A DNA stretch of 64,000 bases from Glaciihabitans sp. GrIS 2.15 (GCF_035984695.1 NZ_JAXCHU010000001.1:264590-328589), one strand, 5' to 3'; positions 21,793 through 32,440 are shown, counted from the first letter of the stretch. Numbers and translations: made by a program. The notes: generated from the sequence alone by a model not told the origin.

Positions 21793-21926
21793 CGCCCCTC
21801 GAGCGCCCTCTCACGGCAGTGTGCCACTCTGTCAAGCTGGGAACTCTATCGATGAGGGGCATTCCGGCCCGATACGCGGGAACGATACATTCAAGTACGT
21901 TCGCTGAATCCTTGAAAGGACCCACC

Positions 21927-22172
21927 ATGGCCAAAAAGACAATCGCACGGGTTGCCTACGATCCGATCAGGGAGGCGCACAACCTCGGTCTCCGCAGCAA
22001 TCATGCCTACGTTCTTGGCTTCGTATCGATCGGTCTCTCGTTGATGACCTGGCAGGTCTCTCGCCTGAAGAAGAGCGACGACAAGGCGCAGTCCGACCGT
22101 TGGGGTATCTTCATTGGTCACTGGGCTGCAACGTTTTTTGCAATTGGACTCGCCCTCAAGAACGAGGAGTGA
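21927..22172 (+). CDS. small membrane protein (hypothetical)
   Basis: MAKKTIARV... 81 aa. Two hydrophobic helices. Preceded by GAAAGGA. Confidence 0.45.
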   Translation: MAKKTIARVAYDPIREAHNLGLRSNHAYVLGFVSIGLSLMTWQVSRLKKSDDKAQSDRWGIFIGHWAATFFAIGLALKNEE

Positions 22173-22324
22173 GGGCCGCGCGCCGATCGGCGACGGAGAC
22201 GTCACGGCGGCATCGCCTGTTTCCGAGACGCGATTCGATCCGTAGTTGTCCTTACGAGTAGCCAGCGAGTCCATCCGAAACGTGACTCGTGAGGCTCCGA
22301 TAGGTGCGCAACTAAACTTGCGTC

Positions 22325-23590
22325 ATGCCTGAAACAGTCGTCGCACGCTCCCTCACCGAGAAACTGGATGCGGCACGCGTGGCATCACGACTGCTCGCCA
22401 CCGCGAACACGGCTCTCAAGAACCGCGGACTGCACGCGATCGCTGTGGCTATCGTCGCGCACGCCCAGCGGATCATTCCAGCCAATGACCTCGACCTCGC
22501 CAACGGTCGCGGTAATGGGCTGAGCGCCGGGATGCAAGACCGTCTTCGCCTGGACGAGACGCGTCTCGGTGTGCTGGCCGACGCGGTCCGACTGGTCGCC
22601 ACCCTCGTCGACCCGGTCGGCCAAAACGTGCGTGGCCAGACCTTACCCAACGGCCTTCGACTCAGCGAGGTGCGAGTGCCATTCGGCGTCGTCGGGGTGA
22701 TCTATGAGGCGCGGCCCAACGTGACAGTCGACCTCGCGAGTCTTGCGCTCAAAAGCGGCAACGCAGTCGTATTACGTGGGGGGAGTGCCGCCGAAAACAC
22801 GAATCGGGCGCTCGTTGCGGTCATCCGGGATGCGCTTTCAAGCGTCGGACTGCCGGCCGATGCCGTCCAAACGATCGACGAATTCGGTCGTGACGGTGCG
22901 CGGCAGCTCATGCAGGCGCGCGGACAGGTGGATGTGCTCATTCCGCGGGGCAGCGCAGACCTCATCAGCACTGTCGTTGCGGAGTCGACGGTCCCCGTGA
23001 TCGAGACCGGCGCCGGTATCGTGCACGTGTTCCTCGACGAGTCGGCGGATGAGGCGTGGGCGATCGACATCGTGCACAACTCCAAGGTGCAGCGCCCGAG
23101 CGTGTGCAACGCCCTGGAAACGCTGCTCGTGCACGAGGCTGCGGCGGAACGGCTGTTGCCCTCCGTGCTCGGTGCACTCCGGGCATCCGGAGTCACTATC
23201 CATGCGGATGAGCGCACGCGCGCGATCTTCGCGGATGCGGTCGCGGCGACCGAGGAGGACTGGCGAACCGAATATATGTCGCTCGACCTCGCGGTTAAAA
23301 TCGTCGGCTCGCTCGACGAGGCGATCGGTCACATCCGTCGCTACTCGACGCACCATACTGAGTCGATCATCACCAATGACCTCGCCAACACCGAACGTTT
23401 TCTCGCCGAGGTGGACTCGGCCGTAGTCATGGTGAATTCATCGACGAGATTCACCGATGGCGGAGAGTTCGGCTTCGGTGCAGAGGTGGGGATCTCCACC
23501 CAGAAGCTGCACGCGCGTGGCCCGATGGGGCTCAGCGAACTCACAAGTACCAAATGGATGGTGCGTGGCGCGGGCCAGGTCAGGGAATAG
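22325..23590 (+). CDS. proA: glutamate-5-semialdehyde dehydrogenase
   Basis: 421 aa. ALDH-type catalytic Cys context (NSKVQRPSVCNALETLLVHE), typical of ProA. Confidence 0.9.
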   Translation: MPETVVARSLTEKLDAARVASRLLATANTALKNRGLHAIAVAIVAHAQRIIPANDLDLANGRGNGLSAGMQDRLRLDETRLGVLADAVRLVATLVDPVGQNVRGQTLPNGLRLSEVRVPFGVVGVIYEARPNVTVDLASLALKSGNAVVLRGGSAAENTNRALVAVIRDALSSVGLPADAVQTIDEFGRDGARQLMQARGQVDVLIPRGSADLISTVVAESTVPVIETGAGIVHVFLDESADEAWAIDIVHNSKVQRPSVCNALETLLVHEAAAERLLPSVLGALRASGVTIHADERTRAIFADAVAATEEDWRTEYMSLDLAVKIVGSLDEAIGHIRRYSTHHTESIITNDLANTERFLAEVDSAVVMVNSSTRFTDGGEFGFGAEVGISTQKLHARGPMGLSELTSTKWMVRGAGQVRE

Positions 23591-23648
23591 GCATCTACGG
23601 GCCGGTAGGCTGGCCTTCGCGGAAATAACGCACAAACATGATTGGTGG

Positions 23649-23849
23649 ATGTCAGTGCTAAGCACAATTGTTCTGGCGGCTGAAGAGGCGAAGATCGCCC
23701 TGTTCTTCCCGTCCTGGGTCTTCCCGATCATCGCAGCTGTCGTCTTCGTCGCTCTCGGTTTCGTCGTCTGGAGCTTCCGCGATGTTGCCAACCGTCACAG
23801 CCAGAAGACCGGCGGCTCGTCGGCAAGTGGGCACGCGACCAATCACTAG
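23649..23849 (+). CDS. small membrane protein (hypothetical)
   Basis: [43 protein letters not shown].. 66 aa. Sits just upstream of nadD. Confidence 0.4.
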   Translation: MSVLSTIVLAAEEAKIALFFPSWVFPIIAAVVFVALGFVVWSFRDVANRHSQKTGGSSASGHATNH

Positions 23850-23862
23850 CGCCGACGACGTG

Positions 23863-24465
23863 ATGGTGGAAAGCGTGGCAAGGCGCCCGAAAATCGGGGT
23901 GATGGGGGGCACGTTCGACCCCATTCACCACGGGCACCTCGTTGCGGCGAGCGAGGTCGCACAATCATTCGGACTCGACGAGGTGGTGTTCGTGCCAACG
24001 GGTATTCCCTATCAAAAGACAGCAGCTGCTTCACAAGAGAATCGCTACCTGATGACCGTGATCGCGACCGCGGCCAATCCTAACTTCACGGTGAGCCGTG
24101 TGGACATCGACCGCCAGGGACCCACCTACACGATCGACACGCTGCGCGACCTGCACGCGGAGAGGCCGGATGCCGAGCTCTACTTCATCTCCGGTGCGGA
24201 TGCAATCACACAGATTCTCGACTGGAAAGACGTGGCCGAGCTGTGGTCGCTCGCTCACTTCGTCGCAGTGACACGACCGGGCCACTCGCTTACTATTTCC
24301 GGTTTACCCGAGTCCGACGTAAGCTTGCTAGAAGTGCCCGCGCTCGCAATCTCCTCCACCGATTGTCGCAGCCGGGTAAGCCGGGGATACCCGGTGTGGT
24401 ACTTGGTCCCCGACGGTGTCGTTCAGTACATCTCCAAACACCACTTGTATCGGAGTCTGACATGA
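23863..24465 (+). CDS. nadD: nicotinate-nucleotide adenylyltransferase
   Basis: [15 protein letters not shown] (HxGH motif). [10 protein letters not shown] near the C-terminus. ATG at 23863. Confidence 0.9.
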   Translation: MVESVARRPKIGVMGGTFDPIHHGHLVAASEVAQSFGLDEVVFVPTGIPYQKTAAASQENRYLMTVIATAANPNFTVSRVDIDRQGPTYTIDTLRDLHAERPDAELYFISGADAITQILDWKDVAELWSLAHFVAVTRPGHSLTISGLPESDVSLLEVPALAISSTDCRSRVSRGYPVWYLVPDGVVQYISKHHLYRSLT

Positions 24466-26402
24466 CAGCATGGCACGACGAGCCGCCCGTGAGTCGGCGG
24501 CAAGTTCGGCAAACCGAACGCGACGAGGATGTCGCCGTTCCATCGACCCCTGAACAGAACGCGCCAGAAGACACCACTTTCACTGGCATCGCCCGCCAGG
24601 GCTGGGAAGCTGAGGCACGTCGCGTTACTTCGAGCCAGGAAGCGCCGGAGAACCGTCCCGAAGGGGCCACTGGCCGGGGACGCCGCGTTCAGCAGCCTGC
24701 GAGCAACGAGCGCGGAGTCGAGACCGAGCCAGAATCGCTCGCTCACATCACGCAGGCCCGGCCGCAGGTGCCGAGCTATGACGGTGCTTCGTTCCGTGGT
24801 CACGCGATCACCGGTGCTCCTGGAGACTCGGATCTGCCGAAGCCGGCCGAGCCTGCGAAAAACCAGCCAGACTTCCGCACCCGCGATTTCAGCCCCTCGG
24901 AGACCGACAGATCCGCATTCCGTCCGGTGGGCCCGCCGCTCAACTGGGCACCTCCCGTTGTCGTCTCGCTCCCTCAGCCAATCACCGCCCCGGCGCTAGA
25001 GGTTGCGCCGCAGGCGCTCTCGGATGAGGCGTCTGCGCCCGCACCGCTTCTCACCCGTCGACAGATGCGTGAACTCGGTATCGGCGGGTTCGTCACGACC
25101 CCGAGCGAGAATGACGAAGCCGAGCAAGCGGCCTCAGCATTCGCCCCGGCACAGCCCCAGGCCGCTCCTGTGGAGGAGGCACCGGTCGAAGAAGTGCCCG
25201 TCGAGGATGCGCCCGTCGAGGAAGCGCCGGTCGAGGAAGTGCCGGTCGAGGAAGTGCCGGTCGAGGAAGCGCCTGCCGTCGTGCGCCCACGCTTCCGCGA
25301 TCGCGCCAGTCGCGCCACGGTGGATCCGGACCTTGAGCGCGAGGAATCGCGCGCCGTGCAGGAGGAGACTCAGGCGCCTCAGGCGCCCAACCCGGGCCCA
25401 CAACCCGTCACCGAGCGACCGACGCTAAGCGAACCGCCGAAGCCTATCGAGCCGCCAACGCTCATCGAACCACCGGTGCGCGCGACATTCACCGGCGCGA
25501 TTGCCACGGGAATCCCGGACGCTCCGAGATCCACTGCACCGGCTCGCCCGGTACCGGTGTCGGAAGCTGCCCAGGCCGACATCACCGAGATCGTTGACGT
25601 GTCGGCACCTCCCGCCGCTGTATCGGCACCGGTCGAGTCGTCACTGATCGAATTCGTCAGCACTCCGGTACTTGCGGTCGACTCGGTCGAGGAGCGCGAC
25701 GTTGTCGTTGCCGAACTCCAATCGCACCCCGCAAAGGCGTCGGCCTTCGAGGACCTGCTGTTTCCGAGCGGCGATCCCATCGAGACGACGGTCGAACCGG
25801 AACGCGCCGATGCCAGGCCGACGACATTCGATGCCTTCCTCGGCGCACCAGACGCTCCCGCAGCCAACACCGCAGATTCGGCCACTGCTGCCGCCGCCGC
25901 CGAAGGCGTTTACGTGCCGCCCATCGGCCATTGGTCCACCCAGGCGCTCATCGACGACGACGAGCAGGTGCAGGAAAACAGCTTCGCCCGCGATGTCGGG
26001 GCCACAAGCGGCGCGATCACCACGAGTGCTCTCGTTCTTCCGTCTATGCCGACCGGGGAGAACATCATGGGTCCGCTCAGCGGTACCGGTGAGATCCTCA
26101 TCACTGGCTCGATCAACCTGCCGAGCAGCATGGGATCGACGGGCGTTCATCCCGCTCGCTACGACCACTCCGACGTCGACGCGTTGCTCGAGGCGGACGA
26201 CCGCGAGGACGCTGACCCCGAGTCGGCACCGGTGCGTGCGATTCGTGCCGTCAGCACCAACACTGCCTCCGGCGACGTCATCAACTCGATGAAGCCACGC
26301 AAGGCGAGTCGCCTTCCGCTCATTCTCATCGTCTCCGCCGCGGTTATGGCCGTCGGCGTGGTCGTGCTTCTCGTCGCAGGGTTGATCTTCAAGATCTTCT
26401 AA
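24462..26402 (+). CDS. acidic Pro/Ala/Glu-rich repeat protein with C-terminal TM anchor (hypothetical)
   Basis: ATG at 24462 overlaps the nadD stop (ATGA). 646 aa, low complexity. 18-nt tandem repeats encode ([10 protein letters not shown]) units at ~25171-25275. C-terminal hydrophobic anchor [26 protein letters not shown]. Confidence 0.6.
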   Translation: MTAWHDEPPVSRRQVRQTERDEDVAVPSTPEQNAPEDTTFTGIARQGWEAEARRVTSSQEAPENRPEGATGRGRRVQQPASNERGVETEPESLAHITQARPQVPSYDGASFRGHAITGAPGDSDLPKPAEPAKNQPDFRTRDFSPSETDRSAFRPVGPPLNWAPPVVVSLPQPITAPALEVAPQALSDEASAPAPLLTRRQMRELGIGGFVTTPSENDEAEQAASAFAPAQPQAAPVEEAPVEEVPVEDAPVEEAPVEEVPVEEVPVEEAPAVVRPRFRDRASRATVDPDLEREESRAVQEETQAPQAPNPGPQPVTERPTLSEPPKPIEPPTLIEPPVRATFTGAIATGIPDAPRSTAPARPVPVSEAAQADITEIVDVSAPPAAVSAPVESSLIEFVSTPVLAVDSVEERDVVVAELQSHPAKASAFEDLLFPSGDPIETTVEPERADARPTTFDAFLGAPDAPAANTADSATAAAAAEGVYVPPIGHWSTQALIDDDEQVQENSFARDVGATSGAITTSALVLPSMPTGENIMGPLSGTGEILITGSINLPSSMGSTGVHPARYDHSDVDALLEADDREDADPESAPVRAIRAVSTNTASGDVINSMKPRKASRLPLILIVSAAVMAVGVVVLLVAGLIFKIF

Positions 26403-26447
26403 CACTGTGACCTCTTCGTTTTTTGTATCCCCACCCCAAAGGAACCT

Positions 26448-26825
26448 GTGACTGCGACCGAGCATGCCCGCGAACTCCTCCAGATCGCTGCGGCCGCCGC
26501 GGACTCCAAGCAAGCCGAGGATCTCGTCGCGCTCGATGTCTCCGGGCCGCTTCCGCTCACCGATATCTTTCTTCTCGCCACCGGACGCAACGAGCGAAAC
26601 GTCGTCGCAATCGCCAGTGAGATCGAAGATAGGTTGATCGAGCACGGTTCGAAGCCGCTCCGCCGCGAAGGACGCGCCGAAGGCCGATGGATACTTCTTG
26701 ACTTCGGAGACCTCGTCGTGCACGTCTTCCACGAGGAAGACCGCATGTACTACTCGCTCGAGCGACTCTGGAAGGACTGTCCGGTAGTCCCGATCGATCT
26801 TCCGGTGCGCGAGTCCGCCGAATAG
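26448..26825 (+). CDS. rsfS: ribosome silencing factor RsfS (Iojap family)
   Basis: 125 aa. DLVALDVSGPLPLTDIFLLATGRNERNVVAIASEIEDRL... DFGDLVVHVFHEEDRMYYSLERLW. Confidence 0.9.
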   Translation: MTATEHARELLQIAAAAADSKQAEDLVALDVSGPLPLTDIFLLATGRNERNVVAIASEIEDRLIEHGSKPLRREGRAEGRWILLDFGDLVVHVFHEEDRMYYSLERLWKDCPVVPIDLPVRESAE

Positions 26826-26843
26826 CCACAGTTCGATATTCGG

Positions 26844-27827
26844 ATGTCCGCCCTCGCGCTGCCATCCTGGAGCGCATTGCGGGGAGATGCCCGGCGGGTG
26901 CTCGAGATGATCGATGCCTGGTCAGGGTCATCTGCCCTCGCGGCAGTGGTCGCCGTCTTCGGTCAGTCGTTGTCCGGGCAGGATGGCGAAGATCGGCTGA
27001 AGTGGCTGGATGATTTCGCCGCGGCCCGCTGGGATTTTCGCCAGGGCGGGGAGCGTGATTCGATCACTCGAGTGGACCTGACATCAATCCAAATCGATGT
27101 CGTGTTTGAGCGGGCCAAGGATCTCGGGCTGGCGGGCCGGGAGACGCCCACCGGGGGCCGCTACGACACGGTGATGATGACCGGCGGGATGGTCCGTGCC
27201 GGCATCGTGAAACCACGGTTTGTGGCCGAACTGCTGGAAGGGGGACTCGAGTGCAACCACATCCTGTTCCTCGGCGGATTCCGCCCCTTCTCGGAGGAGG
27301 AGGTGAGCCTCGCCCAGGCGCTCGGAGTGCTCGCCGACGATGAATTCGGCGCGATGCTGTTCGGCCTGGAACAGACATTCGGCCCGCTCGGTGAACCGGA
27401 AGTCTTCGACGGGGCGGGTGACACGCCACAATCATCGTGGCGACAGCTCAGTTGGTATCGGGAGAAACTGCCACAGGTGAGCGTGCTGGCGGCGCCCTCA
27501 TCGGATCCATTTCATCGTCGTGCGAATTCTGCTGATACCTATCGATTTTGGGCCGGAGAGCGCCGCACTTCGGCCGAACGGTCCGTGCTACAGGTGACGA
27601 CGCCGATCTACGTGCCGTACCAGTCGGCTGTGGCGGTGAGCATCCTGGGGTTCGATCACGGGCTGGCCGTCGAGACCGTGGGAACGAGCGCGACAGCGGG
27701 AGACCTCGGGGAGTCCAGCCAGCCGTTTCTTGCGAAGCACCACCTGCAGGAGCTGCGGGCCGCCATCGGCGCCATGCTCGCCCTCCGCTGCCGCCTCGCC
27801 CAGGGAGCGCTTTCGATCGAAGGCTGA
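26844..27827 (+). CDS. conserved hypothetical protein
   Basis: 327 aa, with good codon usage. No motif I can name. Lies between rsfS and tRNA-Ala. Confidence 0.55.
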   Translation: MSALALPSWSALRGDARRVLEMIDAWSGSSALAAVVAVFGQSLSGQDGEDRLKWLDDFAAARWDFRQGGERDSITRVDLTSIQIDVVFERAKDLGLAGRETPTGGRYDTVMMTGGMVRAGIVKPRFVAELLEGGLECNHILFLGGFRPFSEEEVSLAQALGVLADDEFGAMLFGLEQTFGPLGEPEVFDGAGDTPQSSWRQLSWYREKLPQVSVLAAPSSDPFHRRANSADTYRFWAGERRTSAERSVLQVTTPIYVPYQSAVAVSILGFDHGLAVETVGTSATAGDLGESSQPFLAKHHLQELRAAIGAMLALRCRLAQGALSIEG

Positions 27828-27896
27828 CGACGGAGCTCTCGGATCTGTAGTAATCTGACCTAGTTGCCTTCTCGGAAATTCTAGGGGAGTCAGCAT

Positions 27897-27970
27897 GGGT
27901 CCATGGCGCAGCCCGGTAGCGCACCTGCATGGCATGCAGGGGGTCAGGGGTTCGAATCCCCTTGGATCCA
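27897..27970 (+). tRNA. tRNA-Ala (anticodon GGC)
   Basis: Manual fold. Acceptor GGGTCCA/TGGATCC (one G-T pair). D-arm GCGC-AGCCCGGTA-GCGC. Anticodon stem CCTGC/GCAGG with loop ATGGCAT (U33, GGC, A37). Variable loop GGGTC. T-arm AGGGG-TTCGAAT-CCCCT. Discriminator A. CCA not encoded. Confidence 0.85.
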
Positions 27971-28126
27971 CAGAAAGTCCTGTTCAGACGGCCATTCCGA
28001 AACCTCAATCAGAGGATTTGGGATGGCCGTTCGACATTTATTCGACAGTTCTCGGCACCGTACTCGAGATTTTGTGATTCCGCCGGCGCACCTTCGAGCA
28101 CGAACGACGAAACCGTTTGTCCCACC

Positions 28127-28330
28127 GACTTTGAGTCGAATCTGTCCCTGTCTGAGCTGGCGGCTCGGCTCGGCGTAAGCGCCCAAACCAACTACGACCT
28201 GCGAAGTCATGGCCGCGGCCCGCATGGTTTCCGTATCGGCCGCTAGCTGAAGTTCCCGGCGTCGGAAGTCGACGCGTGGCTGCGGCGCCTCGAAGAGGAT
28301 GACGTGCGACGACCGGAGGGAAGCGGACGG
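28127..28330 (+). pseudogene. excisionase-like HTH (HTH_17) DNA-binding protein, interrupted by an in-frame TAG (28244-28246)
   Basis: Translation LSLSELAARLGVSAQTNYDLRSHGRGPHGFRIGR*LKFPASEVDAWLRRLEEDD matches the Xis/MerR-like HTH pattern (..LGVS..T.Y.L...G.LP..R.GR.LRF...DVDAWL). The stop sits where a residue is expected. No convincing start codon. Confidence 0.55.
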
Positions 28331-29484
28331 TGAATGCCGGGCGCCCGCTCACGGTCATCGGGGCCTTCCCGGTCGGCCGCCCAGGCGCGTCTCAAGGAGC
28401 GCCTGCTCAACCGGGGTACGGCAGCCGGGGCATGCTCGCGCTGACGAGCTCGTTTTGCGACCTTCTCGCGCTCTGGCTTGCTGACCTGGAGAGGCAGGAC
28501 CTCGTCGAGGGCACAAAGGTGAGATACCGTGACAACCTCCGCCTGGACATCATGCCGGCGTTCGAGCACTTCACGCTGGGAGAGATCACGACCGGACGAG
28601 TTGAGTGGTTCCTCAAGTCCGAAGCTGTGTCATGTTCGCGGGCGAAGCGTTCCCGGACCTTGCTGAATCTGCTGTTCGGCTTCGCTCTGCGGTACGACGC
28701 GATCCCGCGGAATCCGGTCGACGGGACCTCTCCGTTGGAGAAGCCGAAGGGCTCGCCGCAGGCGCTGATGCTGGAGCAGATCCCCGCCTTCCGGCGGCGG
28801 CTGCGAGCTGGCGCACGGGCGAGGACGTCAGGGCACAAGGCCCGACGGCCGGGTCAGCGCCATCATCGAGGTACTCCTGGGAACCACACTGCGCATCGGC
28901 GAGGTGCTCGCCCGGCGTCCGTGCGACACCGTGGATGTGCAGAAAGGGATGGTCATCGCGGTGCGTGGGACGGTGGCGTTGCGCACCAGGCACGGTGCTG
29001 TCCGGCAGAATCATCCCAAGACCGAGCATTCGGTCTGTCGAATCGCCGTACCCGAGTTCGCCGCGGCCGTCCTCCGTGCCCGCCTGGCGATGGTCGGTTC
29101 GGACGACGCGGAGCGGACGATCTTTGCGAACCGCGACGGTGGCCCGTTCAGTCCTACAACGTGCGCCGCGCCTTCCGGGCCTTCCTGTATCTAGCCGGAC
29201 TTGAGGGTCGAGCAATCATGTTGCGCTGGTACCGGCGCACCGGGGCAACTGTCATCGCTCGCGGGGCTGGCGCCGCCGCCGGCGTGGGTTTCTTCGGCCA
29301 CGGCTCGACCGCGATCACCGAAAGTTACTACATCGAACCCGACCGCACCGTCGACCCAGACGATGCGCTGCTCAGACACGAAATGACCGCAGAAGAGGAG
29401 GAAGCACTGGCGGAATTCGACGAGTCCAATGACGACCAAACCGAGCGTCATGCGCGAAAACTTAAAATTCCAGAGCAGGCCTAA
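28330..29484 (+). pseudogene. tyrosine recombinase / phage-type integrase, degraded by at least 3 frameshifts
   Basis: N-terminal SAM-like domain in frame 1 (to ~28805). Catalytic domain segments appear in frame 0 (..SWRTGEDVRAQGP..) and frame 2 (..RPDGRVSAIIEVLLGTTLRIGEVLARRPCDTVDVQKGMVIAVRGTV...KTEHSVCRIAVP...TIFANRDGGPFSP). The C-terminus is back in frame 1 (NVRRAFRAFLYLAG...HGSTAITESYY, the catalytic Tyr region). Confidence 0.7.
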
Positions 29485-29925
29485 CCGACGCCTCAGATTT
29501 CAACGACCCCATCCCAGGTCAGCTCCGACAGGCGGTACGGTGCGTACTGGAGACGAAGTCGGTTTCCACATACCCGGGCCGTATCCTCGCGAAACAATGG
29601 CGTTTTTCAGCGTGCAGCCGCGTCGCCTTGGTGGTGAAATTTGTGCCGAGGGTGCTCTTGTGTTGTTCGGCCAGACGCTGTTCGAGACCGATTGAGACTC
29701 CGGTGGCATTCTCTCAGCTGTCTTTGGGTAAGGCGAGATCAGGCAACATTTGGAACACATAGTTGTCAGACACAGCCGGGCCTGGCCGACTTTGCATTTG
29801 TGGGGGAGTGGTTGAGTATCGTTGTGTCTCACCACACCGCCTTGCAGCTTTGCCTTCGCGAACAAATCTTGGCGTCCGTCAAGCGTTCAGTCCGGGCGAG
29901 TTTGGATGGAGTACCATCACAAAAC

Positions 29926-30714
29926 GTGACTAACGAATCCTCTTTGACTTCCGCCCTTCAAGAGCTTCTCGACTCGGTACCAGAGTCCGACTCTCCGGTC
30001 AGCACCAACACTTTCCGCTACGACGCTGGCGATACCGAACTCGAAGGCTTCTTCGCCGCCCCCGCCGAGTCAGACGAAAAACGTCCCGGCGTGCTCGTTC
30101 TGCACGACTGGTTCGGCCTTGTGGACCACGCGAAGGTGCGCGCGCAAATGCTGGCCCGCCTCGGCTATGTTGCCCTCGCCGGCGACGTGTACGGTGCTGA
30201 TACCCGCCCGGCCTCCAACGACGAAGCTGCTGCCTTGGCTGGCAAGTACTACGGTGACGTCGACCTGTTCCGCGCACGGGTTCTCGCGAATCTTGAAGCG
30301 CTCCGTGCCCACCCCGGGGTTGACCCCTCCCGGATCGCCGTCATGGGTTATTGCTTTGGTGGTTCCGGGGCGCTGGAGGCTGCCCGTGCGGGAGCTGACG
30401 TGAAGGGGGTCGTCGCGTTCCACGGCGGCCTGGGGACGAGCAAGCCGGCTGAGCCTGGCAGTGTCACCGCTTCCGTCCTCGTGTTGACGGGAGCAGAAGA
30501 CCCCGTCGTTCCAAGCCAGGCTGTCGACACGTTCGAGGACGAGCTGCGAAACGCCGGCGTCGCGGACTGGCAGGTCGTCAACTACAGCGGCGCCATGCAT
30601 GCCTTCGCTGTGCCGGACACCAACTTTCCCGAGATGGGTGCCCAGTTCCAGGAGACCGCCAACCGCCGCTCCTGGCAGGCCATGGAAAACTTCTTCGAAG
30701 AGATCTTCGCCTAA
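29926..30714 (+). CDS. dienelactone hydrolase family protein
   Basis: DLH-type alpha/beta hydrolase. Nucleophile motif GYCFGG. HDWFGL upstream. Acid/His region AFHGG...GAMHAF. Start tentatively GTG 29926. The upstream part of ORF 29641 is low-GC and non-coding-like. Confidence 0.7.
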   Translation: MTNESSLTSALQELLDSVPESDSPVSTNTFRYDAGDTELEGFFAAPAESDEKRPGVLVLHDWFGLVDHAKVRAQMLARLGYVALAGDVYGADTRPASNDEAAALAGKYYGDVDLFRARVLANLEALRAHPGVDPSRIAVMGYCFGGSGALEAARAGADVKGVVAFHGGLGTSKPAEPGSVTASVLVLTGAEDPVVPSQAVDTFEDELRNAGVADWQVVNYSGAMHAFAVPDTNFPEMGAQFQETANRRSWQAMENFFEEIFA

Positions 30715-30801
30715 ACCAGCAAGATAACGACGTGCACTCTCCGATGAAAGTTGGACGGTGCACGCTTTGCACCGCCTGGTGTCAGCCTCAGTCGGTACGG
30801 G

Positions 30802-31275
30802 CTACCAGCTCAAGAAGAGCTTTTCGCTGCCCGCGGCCAACGCCGTCAGGAAGGAACGTCCGACCGCGCGGGCGTAAACGTGAAGGGCAGACAGGACAAG
30901 CTCCTGGCCCCGAGGTATGAGAGCGATCTCAACCACGTGACCGGGACCTTCGGTGTCTCGGGTGATCTGTCTCCTCCTCTCCATTCGCGACAGCTGATGG
31001 GAAAGCCGTGATGCAGACCATTCCAAACTTGCGGACAGTCGCGCGACACGGACCTCGGTCGTCGCGGGGGAGTGTCCGTAGGCGTCCGGCTGAACCCGCC
31101 GTCCGCTTACGGGCGGTCGAATCGGTCGAAAAGTGCTCTTGGGAGTGCTTTCGCGAGGGCTCGAAATCGCGTCCGGTGGTCGTCCCATCAATGGGTCAAC
31201 CAAAGCGTCAGCGCTCCCGATCGATTGCGCAGTTGAGTGTGGCCACCCGTGCACGGCGTGCGATTTGGAGGGCAT
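30802..31275 (-). CDS. MarR-family transcriptional regulator (tentative; N-terminal extent unclear)
   Basis: C-terminal half fits the MarR winged-helix pattern: RLSHQLSRMERRRQITRDTEGPGHVVEIALIPRGQEL resembles ..V.RLEK.GLV.R..DP.DRR...V.LT..G.EL. The N-terminal ~50 aa of the ORF look non-coding. Confidence 0.4.
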   Translation of the reverse strand: MPSKSHAVHGWPHSTAQSIGSADALVDPLMGRPPDAISSPRESTPKSTFRPIRPPVSGRRVQPDAYGHSPATTEVRVARLSASLEWSASRLSHQLSRMERRRQITRDTEGPGHVVEIALIPRGQELVLSALHVYARAVGRSFLTALAAGSEKLFLSW

Positions 31276-31561
31276 ACGTGCCCACCTTCAAGGAGTTCCA
31301 ATGCGGCCCCGATAGGACCAAAGACCCTGTGACACCTGCGCGTAGTCGCTTAGCTTTACGTGTTGCTCCAGCCCACGGCAGCCGCCTATTCCCGAACCAC
31401 CCAGGAGCACCGATGAAATCCGCCACCACGCCCCTAAGCCACGGAGCCCCGCCCGTCCGGACCGTAGAGGCGACCGCATCGGGTGACCTGCCGGTCACCC
31501 AGCCGATCGATATCAGCGGGCTCTGTACCGTTCCGGCGGTCCCTGAGGCGGCCCGGGAATC

Positions 31562-32440
31562 ATGAGCGCGCTCCTCGTCATCGTCATAGTGGTGGTGGTG
31601 GTCGCCCTCATCGTGGCGCCGCTGGCTTTACGTATCGTGACCCAGTACGAGATGGGTGTGCAGTTGAGGTTCGGCCGGTTTATCGGAACGAAGAAACCGG
31701 GTCTTGCGGTCATCATTCCATTCGCAGATCGCCTGATTAAGGTCACGATGCGGATCATCACTATGCCGATCCAGTCGCAGGGCATCATCACGAAGGACAA
31801 CGTCAGCGTCAATATCTCCGCAGTCGCCTACTTCCGGGTCGTCGACGCGGTCAAGTCAGTGGTTGCGATCGAAAACGTGTACTCAGCGATCGACCAGATC
31901 GCACAAACTACCCTCCGCAAAGTTGTAGGCAAGCACACCCTGGACGAGATCCTCGCCGAAACCGACGTCATCAACGCCGATATTCGTAAGATCCTGGATG
32001 TCACCACTATCGACTGGGGGGTAGAAGTCACCCTGGTTGAGCTGAAGGACATCCAACTCCCGGAAACCATGAAACGGGCGATGGCCAAACAGGCCGAAGC
32101 CGAGCGGGAAAAACGGGCGAAGATCATCGCAGCGGAGGGCGAGTCTCTTGCCGCTGCCGCGCTCGGGGATGCCTCCGACACGATGATGGCACACCCCCTC
32201 GCTCTCCAGTTGCGCAACCTACAAACCCTGATCGAGTTAGGTGTCGATAAGAACACCACTGTTGTCTTCCCCGCCCCGCTGATGTCCACCATCAGCGAGT
32301 TGGGCGCGTTCCTCGCCCGGGAAACCAACACAGCAGCCGAAATCGCCGCAAAGGTCGCGCCGCCACCCCCGCCACACGAGAAACAGATACCACCCGAGAA
32401 ACAGATACCACCCGAGACTGGAGTGGTCCCCGAAAGGTGA
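31562..32440 (+). CDS. SPFH/band-7 (stomatin-like) family membrane protein
   Basis: N-terminal TM (LLVIVIVVVVVALIVAPLAL). SPFH domain (IVTQYEMGVQLRFGRF..., ITKDNVSVNISAVAYFRVVDAVKSV). Coiled-coil region (KQAEAEREKRAKIIAAEGE). C-terminal EKQIPPEKQIPPE repeat. Confidence 0.8.
   Translation: MSALLVIVIVVVVVALIVAPLALRIVTQYEMGVQLRFGRFIGTKKPGLAVIIPFADRLIKVTMRIITMPIQSQGIITKDNVSVNISAVAYFRVVDAVKSVVAIENVYSAIDQIAQTTLRKVVGKHTLDEILAETDVINADIRKILDVTTIDWGVEVTLVELKDIQLPETMKRAMAKQAEAEREKRAKIIAAEGESLAAAALGDASDTMMAHPLALQLRNLQTLIELGVDKNTTVVFPAPLMSTISELGAFLARETNTAAEIAAKVAPPPPPHEKQIPPEKQIPPETGVVPER

Noticed and set aside
25641-26732. 363-aa minus-strand ORF
   Set aside because: Antisense to the acidic repeat protein and rsfS. 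A shadow ORF created by GC-rich repeats.
29641-29925. N-terminal 95-codon extension of the dienelactone hydrolase ORF
   Set aside because: Low-GC, Cys/Arg-rich and non-coding-like. A GTG at 29926 gives a normal-length DLH.
31008-31565. 185-aa Arg-rich ORF upstream of the SPFH gene
   Set aside because: Composition (R/P/A/S-rich) and lack of motifs. The region more likely holds the MarR start and the MarR/SPFH divergent promoters.
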